From Diadema antillarum (lineage: Eukaryota): 64,000 nt of DNA. Below are positions 1 to 12,561 of this stretch, piece by piece. The translations under genes were made by a program, and so were the position numbers. How positions within the stretch are numbered: position 1 is the stretch's first letter; each line of letters starts with the position of its first letter. The DNA lies in NCBI RefSeq assembly GCF_040938485.1, contig NW_027270920.1:1054001-1118000 (forward strand), in the 5' to 3' direction. The notes under the pieces are model-generated. The model did not search any database. It was given only the letters and a program-made list of their open reading frames with translations, and was not told where the DNA came from.

Positions 1-639
1 CCTTTGTATGCTACTTGCTGACGAATTACGCCCTTGAAGGACCGGTTGGACCAGATAAGCATCACTTCCGGAAGCATACAATGTGATTACCAATCATTGT
101 TACCACTGCTCGTGCCAATCGATTCATACAATCATCTTACATCGTAGAATAGACTTTGTATTTTATCATGTTTCCAAATCTAAGGACGATTTAAACGTAT
201 ATTGGGAGAAGGCGAAATTCAGAGAAAATGACGACTATCGGCATAAAAGTGGCGGCTGCTGAAAAGATGTAGGCCAATAGTAATAGGCCATGTATTGCAT
301 CAATCACAAACGTTTTAGCAAAACCATGGAAAAGAGAAGCTATGGAAAGAGGAGGATCAGGTAATGACGTTGGGATACAGTTCACAGCCATAATATTTAA
401 GATACAGGCCAGGTCAAACTAGGCACGATAGTGCCAGAAAACTTAACCATGCATCGTTGGCCAAGTGCAACGTGCAAAAATCATGTTGTACACAAAGGAA
501 ACGCATGCTGGGTTGGTAGAGATAATTACCGCAGAGATTAAATCGTATTTAACTCAGGCCGTCTCAGGGATATGATACACGACAGAGGAGACCGTCAAGA
601 ATAGAAAAGAATAGATTTTTTCCCCTCCTATACCAAGTT

Positions 640-2578
640 ATTATAAATTGAGTATATGAAGAACGACCCAAGTCGGGGGGGGGGGGAGGGTCTGGGGGGT
701 GTCCCCCCTCCGACGGTAAGAACTTTTTGCATTTTGATGTTGTAAATGGTGCAATTTGATGCATGTTTTTGCGCGTTTTATCGACGTGAAACAGTCCCAC
801 TTGTTTATGGTAGCAGTTTATTTTGATGTAGATTATTATTGAACAATTTGCCTATAAAATGGTATAATTTAGATACACTTCTTGTATTAATTCTTTTCAC
901 TGAATATCATGAACGCGACTGAACCCGAGCGAGCGGAGCGAGCGAGGGGGCAGGGGAGGGTGTGGGAGGGGGGTGTCCCCCCTCCCACAGTAAGAACTTT
1001 TTGCATTTTGATGTTGCAAATGGTGCAATTTGATGCATGTTTTTGCGCGTTTTATCGACGTGAAACAGTCCCACTTGTTTAAGGTATATAGCAGTATATT
1101 TTAGTGTAGATTATTATTGAAGAATTTGCCTATAAAATGGTATAATTTAAATACACTTCTTGTATTAAGTCTTTTCATTGAATATCATGAAGGCAACTGA
1201 ACCCTAGCGAGCGGAGCGAGCGAGGGGGGAGGGGAAAGTGTGGGAGGGGGGTGTCCCCCCTCCCACGGTAAGAACTTTTTGCATTTTGATGTTGCAATGG
1301 TGCAATTTGATGTATGTTTTTGCGCGTTTTATCGACGTGAAACAGTCCCACTTGTTTATGGTAGCAGTATATTTTAGTGTAGATTATTGTTGAACAATTT
1401 GCCTATAAAATGGTGTAATTTAAACACACTTCTTGTATTAATTCTTTTCACTGAATATCATGAACGCGACTGAACCCGGGCGAACGGAGCGAGCGAAGGG
1501 GGAGGGGAGGGTGTGGGAGGGGGGTGTCCCCCTCCCACGGTAAGAACTTTTTGCATTTTGATGTTGTAAATGGTGCAATTTGATGCATGTTTTTGCGCGT
1601 TTTATCGACGTGAAACAGTCCCACTTGTTTATGGTAGCAGTTTATTTTGATGTAGATTATTATTGAACAATTTGCCTATGAAATGGAATAATTTAGATAC
1701 ACTTCTTGTATTAATTCTTTTCACTGAATATCATGAACGCGACGGAACCCGAGCGAGCGGAGCGAGCGAGGGGGTAGGGGAGGGTGTGGGAGGGGGGTGT
1801 CCCCCCTCCCACAGTAAGAACTTTTTGCATTTTGATGTTGCAAATGGTGCAATTTGATGCATGTTTTTGCGCGTTTTATCGACGTGAAACAGTCCCACTT
1901 GTTTAAGGTATATAGCAGTATATTCTAGTGTAGATTATTATTGAAGAATTTGCCTATAAAATGGTATAATCTAAATACACTTCTTGTATTAAGTCTTTTC
2001 GTTGAATATCATGAAGGCGACTGAACCCTAGCGAGCGGAGCGAGCGAGGGGGGAGGGGAGGGTGTGGGAGGGGGGGGGGGTGTCCCCCTCCCTCGGTAAG
2101 AACTTTTTGCATTTTGATGTTGCAATGGTGCAATTTGATGCATGTTTTTGCGCGTTTTATCGACGTGAAACAGTCCCACTTGTTTAAGGTAGGTTTTAGT
2201 GTAGATTATTATTGAACAATTAACCTATAAAATAGTGTAATTTAAACACACTTCTTGTATTAATTCTTTTCACTGAATACCATGAACGCGACTGAACCCG
2301 GGCGAGCGGAGCGAGCGAGGGGGGGGGGGGGGGAGGGGAGGGTGTGGGAGGGGGTGTCCCCCCACCCATGGCAAGAACTTTTTGCATTTTGATATTGCAA
2401 ATGGTGCAATTTGATGCATGTCTTTGCGCGTTTTATCGACGTGAAACAGTCCCACTTGTTTAAGGTAGCAGTATATTTTAGTGTAGATTATTATGGAACA
2501 ATTTGCCTATAAAATGGTATAATTTTAATACACTATAGTCTTCTTGTATTAATTCTTACACTGAATATAATGAACGCT
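640..2578. repeat. Satellite/minisatellite array, ~7 units of ~272-282 bp
   Basis: The anchor GTAAGAACTTTTTGC recurs at 716, 990, 1268, 1540, 1814, 2096 and 2371 (GCAAG variant). The units align throughout by eye. Confidence 0.95.
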
Positions 2579-3993
2579 GTCTGTTCAGCAATCAAGCAGA
2601 AAAAGCATGCACACGAGGGTGTAGATAGGGGCATATCCCCTGCCACACGAAGCTGATTTTGCTTTTTCAGACCTGAAATTCAGCGATCTGGTGCAAATTT
2701 TTGGTGCAATACTTTTTCATCGAAGTGTTAAAATCACGGAATTTAGCTCTTATTCCGAATGTGCACCATCTGTGTGTATGTAGAAAGTCTAGTGAGGTAG
2801 AGCTTAGGGGAAGGGGGATTCCCCCTCCCGCTCGCGGAGCTTTTGCGTTTTTAGAATTGAAATAAAGCGATCTGGGTATAGCCACAGTCTACTTCTATGC
2901 ATGGCGGGGGGGGGGGGGGGGCAAGCAGGGAGAAGGCGTGGGCGAGTGTTATCTCCACCCTTCCCTTCCGATGGAGCTTTTGCCTTTTTAAGGTTGAAAT
3001 TGAGATATCTCGTATACGCATATTTGATGGAATCAACATTTGGGAAATCACCAAAAAAAAAAAAAAAAATGGGGGGGGGGGCTGAGGGAGGAAAGGGTCG
3101 ATTTAAAGGGGAAATTCCCCTTATACATGCGGGAACCTTGAGTTTTCGGAATATAAGTGATAAGTCTTGTGCTCTCAGAATTATTCATATTTTTTTGTAA
3201 ATCTAAAAAGTGTACTTAGCTAGGGAAAGAGGCACAGAGGAGGAGGGTTTGGGAGGGGGATATCCCCTCCGAAGCACAAGTGATTTTGCATATTTTGAAT
3301 TGAAATTCAACGATCTGGTGCACACTTTGAGTGAAATATTAAAAAAAAAAATATCTTATTTGATGAAAGGTTGCAAAGGAGACCCGCTTCATGTGCATGC
3401 ATACAGTATACACGCATTTTTTTTCCCGCCTCCCAAATCCCCGGTCCAAATCTTAGGGGGGGGGGGGGGGGGGCGACCGCCCCCATCGCCCCCCCCCCCC
3501 CCGGCTACACCAGTGACTATAGCTACGCCATAATCTTTTAGCAAATGGGAAAATCCTCAAAATTTGAAAATTATGGAAGAACCGGGAGCCAAATGGCCAC
3601 AGGTATAACAGGGAGCTAAGGTGGAATGGGAGAGGTAAAGAAACTAGTGGGAAGGGTGGGATTGGGCTCCGGGGAGGGGTGGTGGTGCATGCATTGCCCC
3701 CATCATAGCTTATCTAATGGGGAGGAGAAACAAAGTATTTCTTAATTGAATGTGTTGTTTGCTGAATGAGCTAGAATAATGATTTCATCGATTATGATTA
3801 TGTAATGCTGATTTGCGTTGATTTGGGTACACGTATTTTGATTTTTATGTGTTCATTTGATAGGAATCAATATTACGGAAACGGGCCCCTTAGTCTTCTG
3901 TACAGTACTGGTATACTATGTTTACATCTTCGCAAGAGCGTTCGGTGCACTTGATTTTATGACTCGGAACGTACCATCACGAGGTACCCTTTT

Positions 3994-4003
3994 CACTTCC
4001 GGG
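3994..4003 (+). promoter_or_regulatory. ETS-type motif (CACTTCCGGG) just upstream of the LEPROT start codon
   Basis: Motif match 26 bp upstream of ATG 4029. ETS sites are common in housekeeping promoters; function here is untested. Confidence 0.35.
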
Positions 4004-4028
4004 TTAAATTGTCCTGAAGCAAAACAAG

Positions 4029-7000
4029 ATGGCAGGGATCAAGAGTAAGTATGCTGTGGCGTTCAATCGTATTTATACGATTTATCATTTAATTTTATCG
4101 ACGGTATATGTGTATTCTGAAAGAAATTTTAGGGCTTTAAGGCCTGTCCGCACACCACACCAAGGACCTGCGCAAGCTGTTACAACTTGGCTGTTTAAAT
4201 GTTGGATGTTGTCAGCGACCATGTCATGTTGCTGTAGAAATTCAATGGTCATTGCCAATGCACGCAGCAGCGCGCGGCAGATACCGCCTGGTGCGGGTGA
4301 CGGCGTCGCCGAGCCGAGCGGTGCGGTGCGGTGTACGTGTAAAGCTATTTACGATACATTTTACGTAGCGTAACTTTATTCTCTACAGACTACGGGTACA
4401 ATAATGTACATACAGGTATCAAGTTCTAAATAAACCAATGTAGGGTTCAACCAGTTGCAGTACCAGCATAACAAACCGCATCGTTATGACTGCAGACTGG
4501 TGTTATGTGATATGTGGTAATGAAATTAAATTACGGTATTTGTAGGTCAATGAATAGATTCTATGTAGAACCCCGCGTCTAACTAACGTTAAGTTCTATA
4601 GTCTAGACTAGGTCTAATCATCATTCATGGACACATAGTGATGTTTTTATTTTTTTCTGGATCTGCTCTAGGTCTATCGTTGACGTTAGAAAGAATCCTG
4701 TCTCTGGTACTAGGCTGCCAATGCAATACAGAGTACAAGATTACTACAAGTTCAACAGAAGACAAACTGACCTAAATCTAGCAAAACTCACTAGTCCCCT
4801 CGACGCTACGTTCAGAGTGATGGATCCTGTCGAGTACCGAAGTAGAAGTAGAAGTAGAAGTAGAAGTACAGTGTAGCAGTGAAGCACTTTTTAGTCTCTA
4901 AACTACCGAGTGTAATACCAGCTAGGAAAGTACTGAAAGAACTGAAGTCCTGGTAGTAGAATCAAGTGCAGTTTTGCATTGGTGTAAAATTCAATCTTCA
5001 ACTCAAAACGATATGCGAAGAACATGTTTTCCCCTCTCTCACTGAGCTTGTTGCCTTTGTTATTAATCCTCAAAATGATGAATACTCAATGCTGACAATG
5101 GCAACATTCCATGTGATACAGCTGATGCCTGGTTGGATCTGACTGTCGTATAGTGTTAGCGATCACAAATCGATCACAGCGAGTTTTTCTATGGACTAGT
5201 ATACAAGTGTATCCTTTAAGAGGAAGTCCACCTTGAAAATAAATACACTTGTACATTTCAAAAGAAAGAAAAATACAACTGTATGCCCTACAGAACAATA
5301 CGACAAAAATCTGATAGGAAATAAGGAAGATATTACATTTTCAAATTTCAAATTTTTTCGAAAATAGTTCTTGACCAGTGAGTCCTTATGAATATTCAGA
5401 TGAGTGAGTTGATAATGTCATACCCTCAATGATTTCATTGCCATGTCCACAGCAGTTTAAAGGGACTGTGCAGTACTGGTTGAGGTGGGGATTCATGTTT
5501 TGAACATTCCTAAGTGAGATAATGAAAAGCTTCTTATGAAATATGAAAGAGCATGTAATCTTAAGAAGGAATCAACGTTTATTTGATGAAAATTGGTTTT
5601 CAAATGGCTGAGATATCCCAAAAAGTGACAATAATAAAAGTGGACATGCCACAACTTTATTAGGATCTCCTTGTTTCACCTTGTTTTTGGATATCTCAGC
5701 CATTTCAAAACCGATTTTCATCAAATAAACTTTTGATACCCCTTAGAACTGCATGCTCTTTGACATCTCATAGAGTGATTTCTGAATATCTCGCAAAATG
5801 TTAAAAGCTAAATCCTCACCTCGACCAGAACTGTACACACCCTTTAAGACGGAAATCTGTATGCTATTTGCCGAAACTGAACACCAACAATCAAAATTGT
5901 AAATCATAGTTACTATTTTACTATTTTGATCGTTGATGTTCCAGTTTTTAACTTCAAATTTGATTGTTGATGTTCTGATTTTGAATATCATTTATATTGC
6001 GGTTTACTGTGAAATGAGTGTAACCACTTCAGAACCACACTTGATGAAATTCCACTCTGAGCAAACATTTGTGGCCAGACTTTGGGGAAAACAATTGTGT
6101 AGATCTAGAGAAACTATGCTAATCTAATGTCATAAAATATGGCTTCAGAAAAATACACATTGTACTGTATATATGTTAGTACAAGTAGACCTCTGTATTT
6201 TTCTCAGGTCAACAAAAATGTGAGATTTAGTATAAGGTTACAAAAATAACACCATTAATGGCTTCATTTTCACAGGGTTAAATCTTCACCCATAGCAGCT
6301 CAAAGACATACAGTGTACTCACATGTTCTGAACTGAATTGCGCTGTGCAGTTGCTTAGTATGTTTTCATCCAATTAACCAAAAAAAAAAAAAAAAAGATC
6401 ATATGCATACCACAGACTTCCCAAGACCCACACCTTGTGTGTGAGACTTGCACCTCAGGAGTCTTTATCAGGCTTACTTGCCTCATAGCTTTTACTCAGG
6501 CCCAGCAGATAGGACTCCCAAAACACGAAAACGAGATTTCCAACCACACACACAAATAAATCGCTTTTTTTTTTTCATCATCAGAATAAGCCAAAATACC
6601 AGTAGCAGTTTGTGTAGTATGCACCAAATCGAAAGCTCCTTTCAGGGGAACGGGATACAACCCCCCCCCCCCCCCCCCCCCCCTTGCCATCTCTGATTTG
6701 TGTGCATCATACCTCTTTTTAGACAATCAGCACTGCACATTACAAGAATACAGACAAACAATCCATTCAAACACATGACCTGCATTGAGAGTTACCAACA
6801 TATTTGTGAACACACACAAGCTCAGATGAATACTAGGACACCATACATGTTGTACACACACACATTCTTTAATACGCACATATATGTCTACTGTGGTAAA
6901 TTATCAGCTGATGAACCACATAATGCAACTTGTTCAAAATGTGCATAGACAATTGTACAGATTTTTTGTGGAAACTTTATAGAATTTGTGCTAGCCAAAG

Positions 7001-10000
7001 GTAGCGGAAATTCACAAATTCTTACACTGCAAATATTTCTGAATCTCGGTATTAAAGACACTTGACTGAATCAGACACTAACCTCACTGTAACAAAAATT
7101 TGATATAAGCATGTATACTGGCATCATTTTATTTAAAGTTTGTTCTATACGATTGTAAGCCTGATATCATGTTTTGTTCCAATCATGACACATTTTCTCA
7201 ACCTTGTGATTACATTTCATGCTCTGCATTGCCCTGGTGCTTGGACTTCCTACACATAATAGGGTAAGTGATGTTTGTAAATACAGAGGTTTGTTAAGTA
7301 ATTGACATATTGTTCAAGGAGCCCTCCTCACAGTCTCAAGAAAGAAGAAGAAAAAAAAAAACAGGAAAAATGAATAGATGGCAGTGGATATCAGAGCATA
7401 TCTAGCTTAAAAAGAAAAACTCCATTGAATGGTCACTATGATGAATTGAGTGTAGTTTGAACATGTGATAATGACTTTCTTTGAAACCAGATAGGTTAGC
7501 GTGTGTTCCTAATAGAATAATATTGGTTGCAGTCATGCATTCAGGTGAGAGGATTATGTAATTGTCACATAGTTCTTCTATTGGTGTGTGTACATGGAAA
7601 AGTGAAAATAGATTTAAGAAAGATGAATAATTTTTCTTTTTTTAAGTAACTGAGTGAGTCTGACTCTCCTAAATGATTCAAATAACTGCCTAATTCATTG
7701 CAACTCTTCAAAGATATTGGAAAAGACATGATATTTTCTCTTTGGTTTCATAAAAAAAAAGGAGAATTTAGTGAATATTCATGTGGTGGCTGTGGGAGAG
7801 CATCATCACCTGTACCAGTGTAATTTGCATGTGAACTGTGGTCAGCACTGACAGCACGCTTAATACAATGTAGATAGTTTGATTTTGTGATTTGATGAAC
7901 TGTGACTTCCATACTATCTCCGACTTTTTTAAAAGGAAACTTTCAACTTTCTTTTTGAGTATTAATTACTCTGTTAATTAAAGTAGTACAATAATGATTA
8001 TTATTTATCATCATTACTGTTAGTTATTATTTGATCTGCAGTTATAGAAAAAAAAAAGTGTATTCTGTATCAATAACCTGCATCACCATTGGAAAGTGAT
8101 TACAATGAAAGTGATTGCTATGCAGTAGTACTTACGTCAACAATATTTTCTCATTTCTGTGCTTTCAGCTTAGTTGGTTTGGCCTTCTCGGCCTCCATGG
8201 GGATTCTCATGAATGTCCTGGCCTGTGCAATCCCTGGACTTGGACAGTAAGTAGTATCCTCAGATTTGATCCATGTGGTGACACACAAACACACAAAGAA
8301 GTGTTTATTGTGTTTGTTTGTTTGTTTGTTTTTTGGAGGTGGATGTTAGTTCAATCTCCCTCAGCATAGTACAGATCCCAGAGGCTTTCCAATTAAAGGG
8401 AAAATCCTTATCGATTCCTGTGTGTGCAAAATTACTGTTGGCAATTATAACATTTTTTTTTTTTTCATACTAGATTATTTCAAGAAATATCAGCTGGGTG
8501 AGTACAAAATGCTGTACTAAATGTCTACAGTGGTCCCGACAGAGATCACTTTTTTTTTTTTTTTTTAAATGTGAAAGTATTAAAGATATTTCCTTTATGT
8601 ACTCAATTATCATTTGGAGACAAAGTTTTTTATTTTCTTTGGTGATATTAAATTAAGTTATAGACATTGTCATAGTATTCATGTGGGAGTTTCTCATCAC
8701 TTGATACAGAAGCAGCTCATGTGACAATATCATTTTATCACCATATTGTTACTGACTCTGGAGCCTGAATAGAAGAAATGTAAGATATCCATGATAAAAT
8801 ATTTGCTGACTGTTGACTATAATGCTTGTACAGTGCATCTTGAATGCACTAGTGGCACTGTTACAATTGCAATGAACATTTCTTTCAAGTCTGCACTTGT
8901 TTTCATATATCCAACAGGGTGTGGTGGCCAATGTTTGTGATTGTATTCTACGTCATGTGCCCACTTCCCATCATGATCGGCAACAGGCTTGCCAGCTCTG
9001 ACAGCATTGGAGCCACTAGTAGTGCGTTGCAGGAACTCTGCTACTTCCTCACTTCTGGTATCGTTCTCTCAGCATACGGTCTGCCCCTCGTTCTCTTACA
9101 TGCCGGGACGGTGAGTCATTTACATACATACCATCTCTTGTTTTCTCCTTCTCCATAGCAGTAACCAAGGAAGTTTAAGAGATGGAGTTCCAACTGGCTG
9201 TAATTATTCAAACAGTTGTCACTTTTCTATCGTTGTACAAAAGAATTCCACAGGTGCATCTGTGCCTTTGGTGACGGGTTTGATGCCGCCGTCTTGCTGA
9301 GCAATCTGAAGATTCATTTTGAACGTTAACTTAATGTTGGCTATCTTTTGCTTGTTTATCTATTAAATGAAACGAAATCTCACATAATGATAAAGCTCAT
9401 TAAACAAAGGCCAATCCCTTCAAGAAATGTGTGCAAAAGTGTAAATCAGAGCTGTATCATGTGAAAGTGTTTAAAATTGTACCCTCCCAGAAAGCCGGTT
9501 TTATCACTTTTCCACTTAATTCCTCCAAATAAAACTGATATGGAATAATCTTCGAGTATTTATAATTCTATATTAGTAGATATATCAGATTAGTGGCCGG
9601 GCACGGCCAGTCGAGTAATTTTCATTTTCATTTTATCATTCTTTGCGCAATTTCTATTCGCGCATCCCTGTGTCTTTACCATTATATACCACCTATCTTT
9701 TATAAGTAGGGATGGCGAAAAGTAATTACCATCAGAAAGACATATTTTCGTTAGAAAGTGGCTGATGATAATGCAATGAGACATGATTCAATTGTCTTCC
9801 TATCTGCGCGGCAGATCCAGTTTGCCACATGCTTCAAATATTTTTGAGTGTCGGCATCAAACGTGACTTCAAAGGAAATACGACAGTTGTGACTCCACTC
9901 TCTTGAACCTCCCTGCAGTAACTGAACTAAGTAGTAGTCTCTCTGGCATGTTGCATTCCTTATGAATGAACCTGATGCGTGACTCATAAGATGATCAAAG

Positions 10001-10755
10001 AGGCGGATTAGCCACAATGCAACAAATTTCTTCATCACAGCAAGATGAATACAGAGCATCCCAACTACCATGCTACTTGAATTTGTGTGAAGTCAAGTTT
10101 TGAATCTGTGCAGTCTGTATTTCTTGCAAATAGCATTATGTCATTTCATGTGAAAATAAGTCACAAATTCCTTTCATGATTTAATTATTGCCTTAACAGA
10201 ATTTTTCATACTTTGCTTTATCATACTTGTATATCTGATACCAAACTTACAAATGGTATTTGCTTGTTTAAAAATTCACTCAAAATCAAATCTATGGATG
10301 CCGCAGCAGAGGTGCTATCTTCACAATAAGAATCCTGTCTCATACTTAGGATCATTGGATTATTTATCTTCTGGGAGATGCTTAATCTGTAATCTCACTG
10401 TTACCTTCTAGTGGCACGTGAATAATGACTGGAACCAACAACTTGGCCATAAGCTATGGCTTGAGAAATGATGCTAAACATGCAAAATTCCTGTGTATTG
10501 CTGAAAATCAATGCTTAAGTTCCCTGCCGATATCTAGAAGTAATGCTGTGTGATGCTAAATGTAGGAGGTTCCTGTTAAGAGAAGGTCAATTATTGATAC
10601 ATTGCCCTGATTGACTTTCTGTGTATATCTCTGTTCAGATAACGTGGGCGGCTCTTCTTCTGATAATTTTTGGCAACACATGGTGCTTCATCACCATCCT
10701 CGTCTTCTTCAGAGTGTTCAAGCAGGACGATGACTTTGAGTTCCAAGTCTGGTGA
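4029..10755 (+). CDS. LEPROT: Leptin receptor gene-related protein / OB-RGRP / Vps55 family membrane protein; join(4029..4044, 8174..8246, 8918..9110, 10639..10755), 132 aa (exon 1/2 junction ambiguous)
   Basis: Spliced product MAGIK-IGLAFSASMGILMNVLACAIPGLGQ-VWWPMFVIVFYVMCPLPIMIGNRLASSDSIGATSSALQELCYFLTSGIVLSAYGLPLVLLHAGT-ITWAALLLIIFGNTWCFITILVFFRVFKQDDDFEFQVW* matches LEPROT/LEPROTL1 along its length (MAGIK start, WPxF, ELxxFLTxGIVxSAxGLP, GN, DDF..W end). All introns are GT-AG with consistent phases. Confidence 0.93.
5461..5843. mobile_element. Non-autonomous DNA transposon (MITE) with TTAA target duplication, Kolobok-like; in LEPROT intron 1
   Basis: TTAA|AGGGACTGTGCAGTACTGGTTGAGGTGGGGA ... 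TCCTCACCTCGACCAGAACTGTACACACCCT|TTAA: imperfect ~31-bp TIRs and TTAA on both sides. Confidence 0.75.
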
Positions 10756-12191
10756 TCTCCTAATGCCTACTTCGTCCCTTTCCATAGGGTATCAGCCCCT
10801 CCCCCCCCCCCCCCCCCCCCCATCCCCCCTCCATCCCCCACATCAATCTTAGCTTGGTATTGATGTACCATGTTCACTTCATTCACATTTGCATTTACAC
10901 ATATTATGGTAAAACCATGAAGCTGGTCAATATTTAGCAATAGGACATTTTGGCAGAACGCGTAAATTGGATCCCTTTGATTTGGTATCATATGAAACCT
11001 AATTTCTGTTACGCTAGAGATAGATACAGATCTAGACATTTTGATTTCCATTAGAAAAAAATTTCTGCAAGCATTCAAAGTATGCAACTAGTTGTTTTCC
11101 AGTGTTGTTTTTATGGTGTTTATCTACACCGAAGTAAATATAGTCACAAGAAATCTAACAGGAATCACTTCAGTTTGCTTGGATGCACCTAGTTGAAGGA
11201 TGCACCACTATCAGCAGTTGCATAAGAGTTGCAGACATAGCAGCAATGCAAAGCTTTGCTATAACTTCAGTGATGACTGGTTTTTGTTCAGATTTACTTT
11301 GGTTACATGCAGTGACAAGAGCATGGAGAAAGTGTTTTGTATTGGGAGGTCAGGGGAGGATACAACGTATGGGACCAGGCTCAAAAGAGTGCAGTCAATC
11401 ACCATCATATCTGAGCACAAACTGCTCATATTTATTAATCTTAGGAACTTTCATATCATAATTATTTGTAAAGGCATCTCAAAGGAGAATTTGTTGCCTT
11501 AGATATGAAAGGATTAATGATTTAATGTTTGATTCTGCTCATACCTGTGTAGCGAAGGATGTGTTAGACCAGCTCTGAGCAAACAAACTATTAAAAAAAA
11601 CACCTACTGAACGCCATTATAAACTCAAGTCACAAACACATTTATGAATGTGAGAGACAAGTCATGTTGAGTCAGTGTATTTCAGCCACTTGGTAACTGA
11701 CACTTTTCGTCGAATCCTTGCCATGTATGATTTATCATGACTTCTTCATTATGGACTACTTTGAAACAAAAAAACAACCTTTGCATCAGAGTTTCAGGTA
11801 TGCTCCCCTACTAAAATTTAGCCTAAACAATACACCATGAACTTTCATGTATTAATAATTTATTACATCTTCATATGCACGTCAGTGCTGGACAATTCCA
11901 ATGCATAACATGGAAAGCCACAAAATTGTAAGTGTGGAGACCTTGATGAAATTATTCTACTCTTTGTTTTTTCTGTGCAATTACAATGATATATATAATA
12001 TAAAACTTGTGTGTATCTGCCCATTGGCAACTAATGCCGTGTTTGCATTGTTTGACTAGCTGTCTTTGTTCAGGCACACAAAACAAATAATAATCTTTCT
12101 TCTTTGTTTTTTTGCATATGCTTTTCTACATTTAGTTATAGCCATTGCAATATATATTTCATCAAGGTTCCTTGATGAGGCAAGTTTTTAA

Positions 12192-12561
12192 CCCTTTAGC
12201 AACTGAAGATTCTGTACATAAAGGCCTATGGTTCACTGGAAGGTACAACAATATTGCTCTTATTTCATCAACTTTCTAAATGATGTGAAATAGCTCACTG
12301 CATGTTTATTTTTGTCTATTTTAAGTTTATTTGAAAGCCTATCAAGACTTTACCCAGAGAATGATGTGTCGCAGAAATAATTCTGACATACTTTTGTTGA
12401 CCTTTGACCTCTTTCAAATTGCATATTCTAAATTATATATTTTATAAAAACAAAAAAAAAATGGTTAAGCATAAAACTATTTGGGAAAAAAAACTAGGAG
12501 GTTTTGTGCGTTTTAGGAAGTAATGAGATGGGCAGTTTGGGGCATTTCAGTTGCTAATAGG
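12192..12561. mobile_element. Degenerate piggyBac-type MITE
   Basis: TTAA|CCCTTTAGCAACTG at the left end; CAGTTGCTAATAGG|TGAA at the right end (imperfect TIR and target site). Confidence 0.5.

Noticed and set aside
191-391. 66-aa hydrophobic minus-strand ORF
   Set aside because: No recognisable family, no clear splice context and no paralogue; cannot be supported without a search.
716-2578. CRISPR-like interpretation of the regular repeats
   Set aside because: Eukaryotic context, and the whole ~275-bp unit repeats with no unique spacers.
564-3533. Pro/Gly-rich ORFs in the satellite and homopolymer region
   Set aside because: Produced by G/C runs and repeat units, not protein-like.
10591-10852. 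Acidic and Ser-rich ORFs at 10591-10852
   Set aside because: Alternative frames of LEPROT exon 4.
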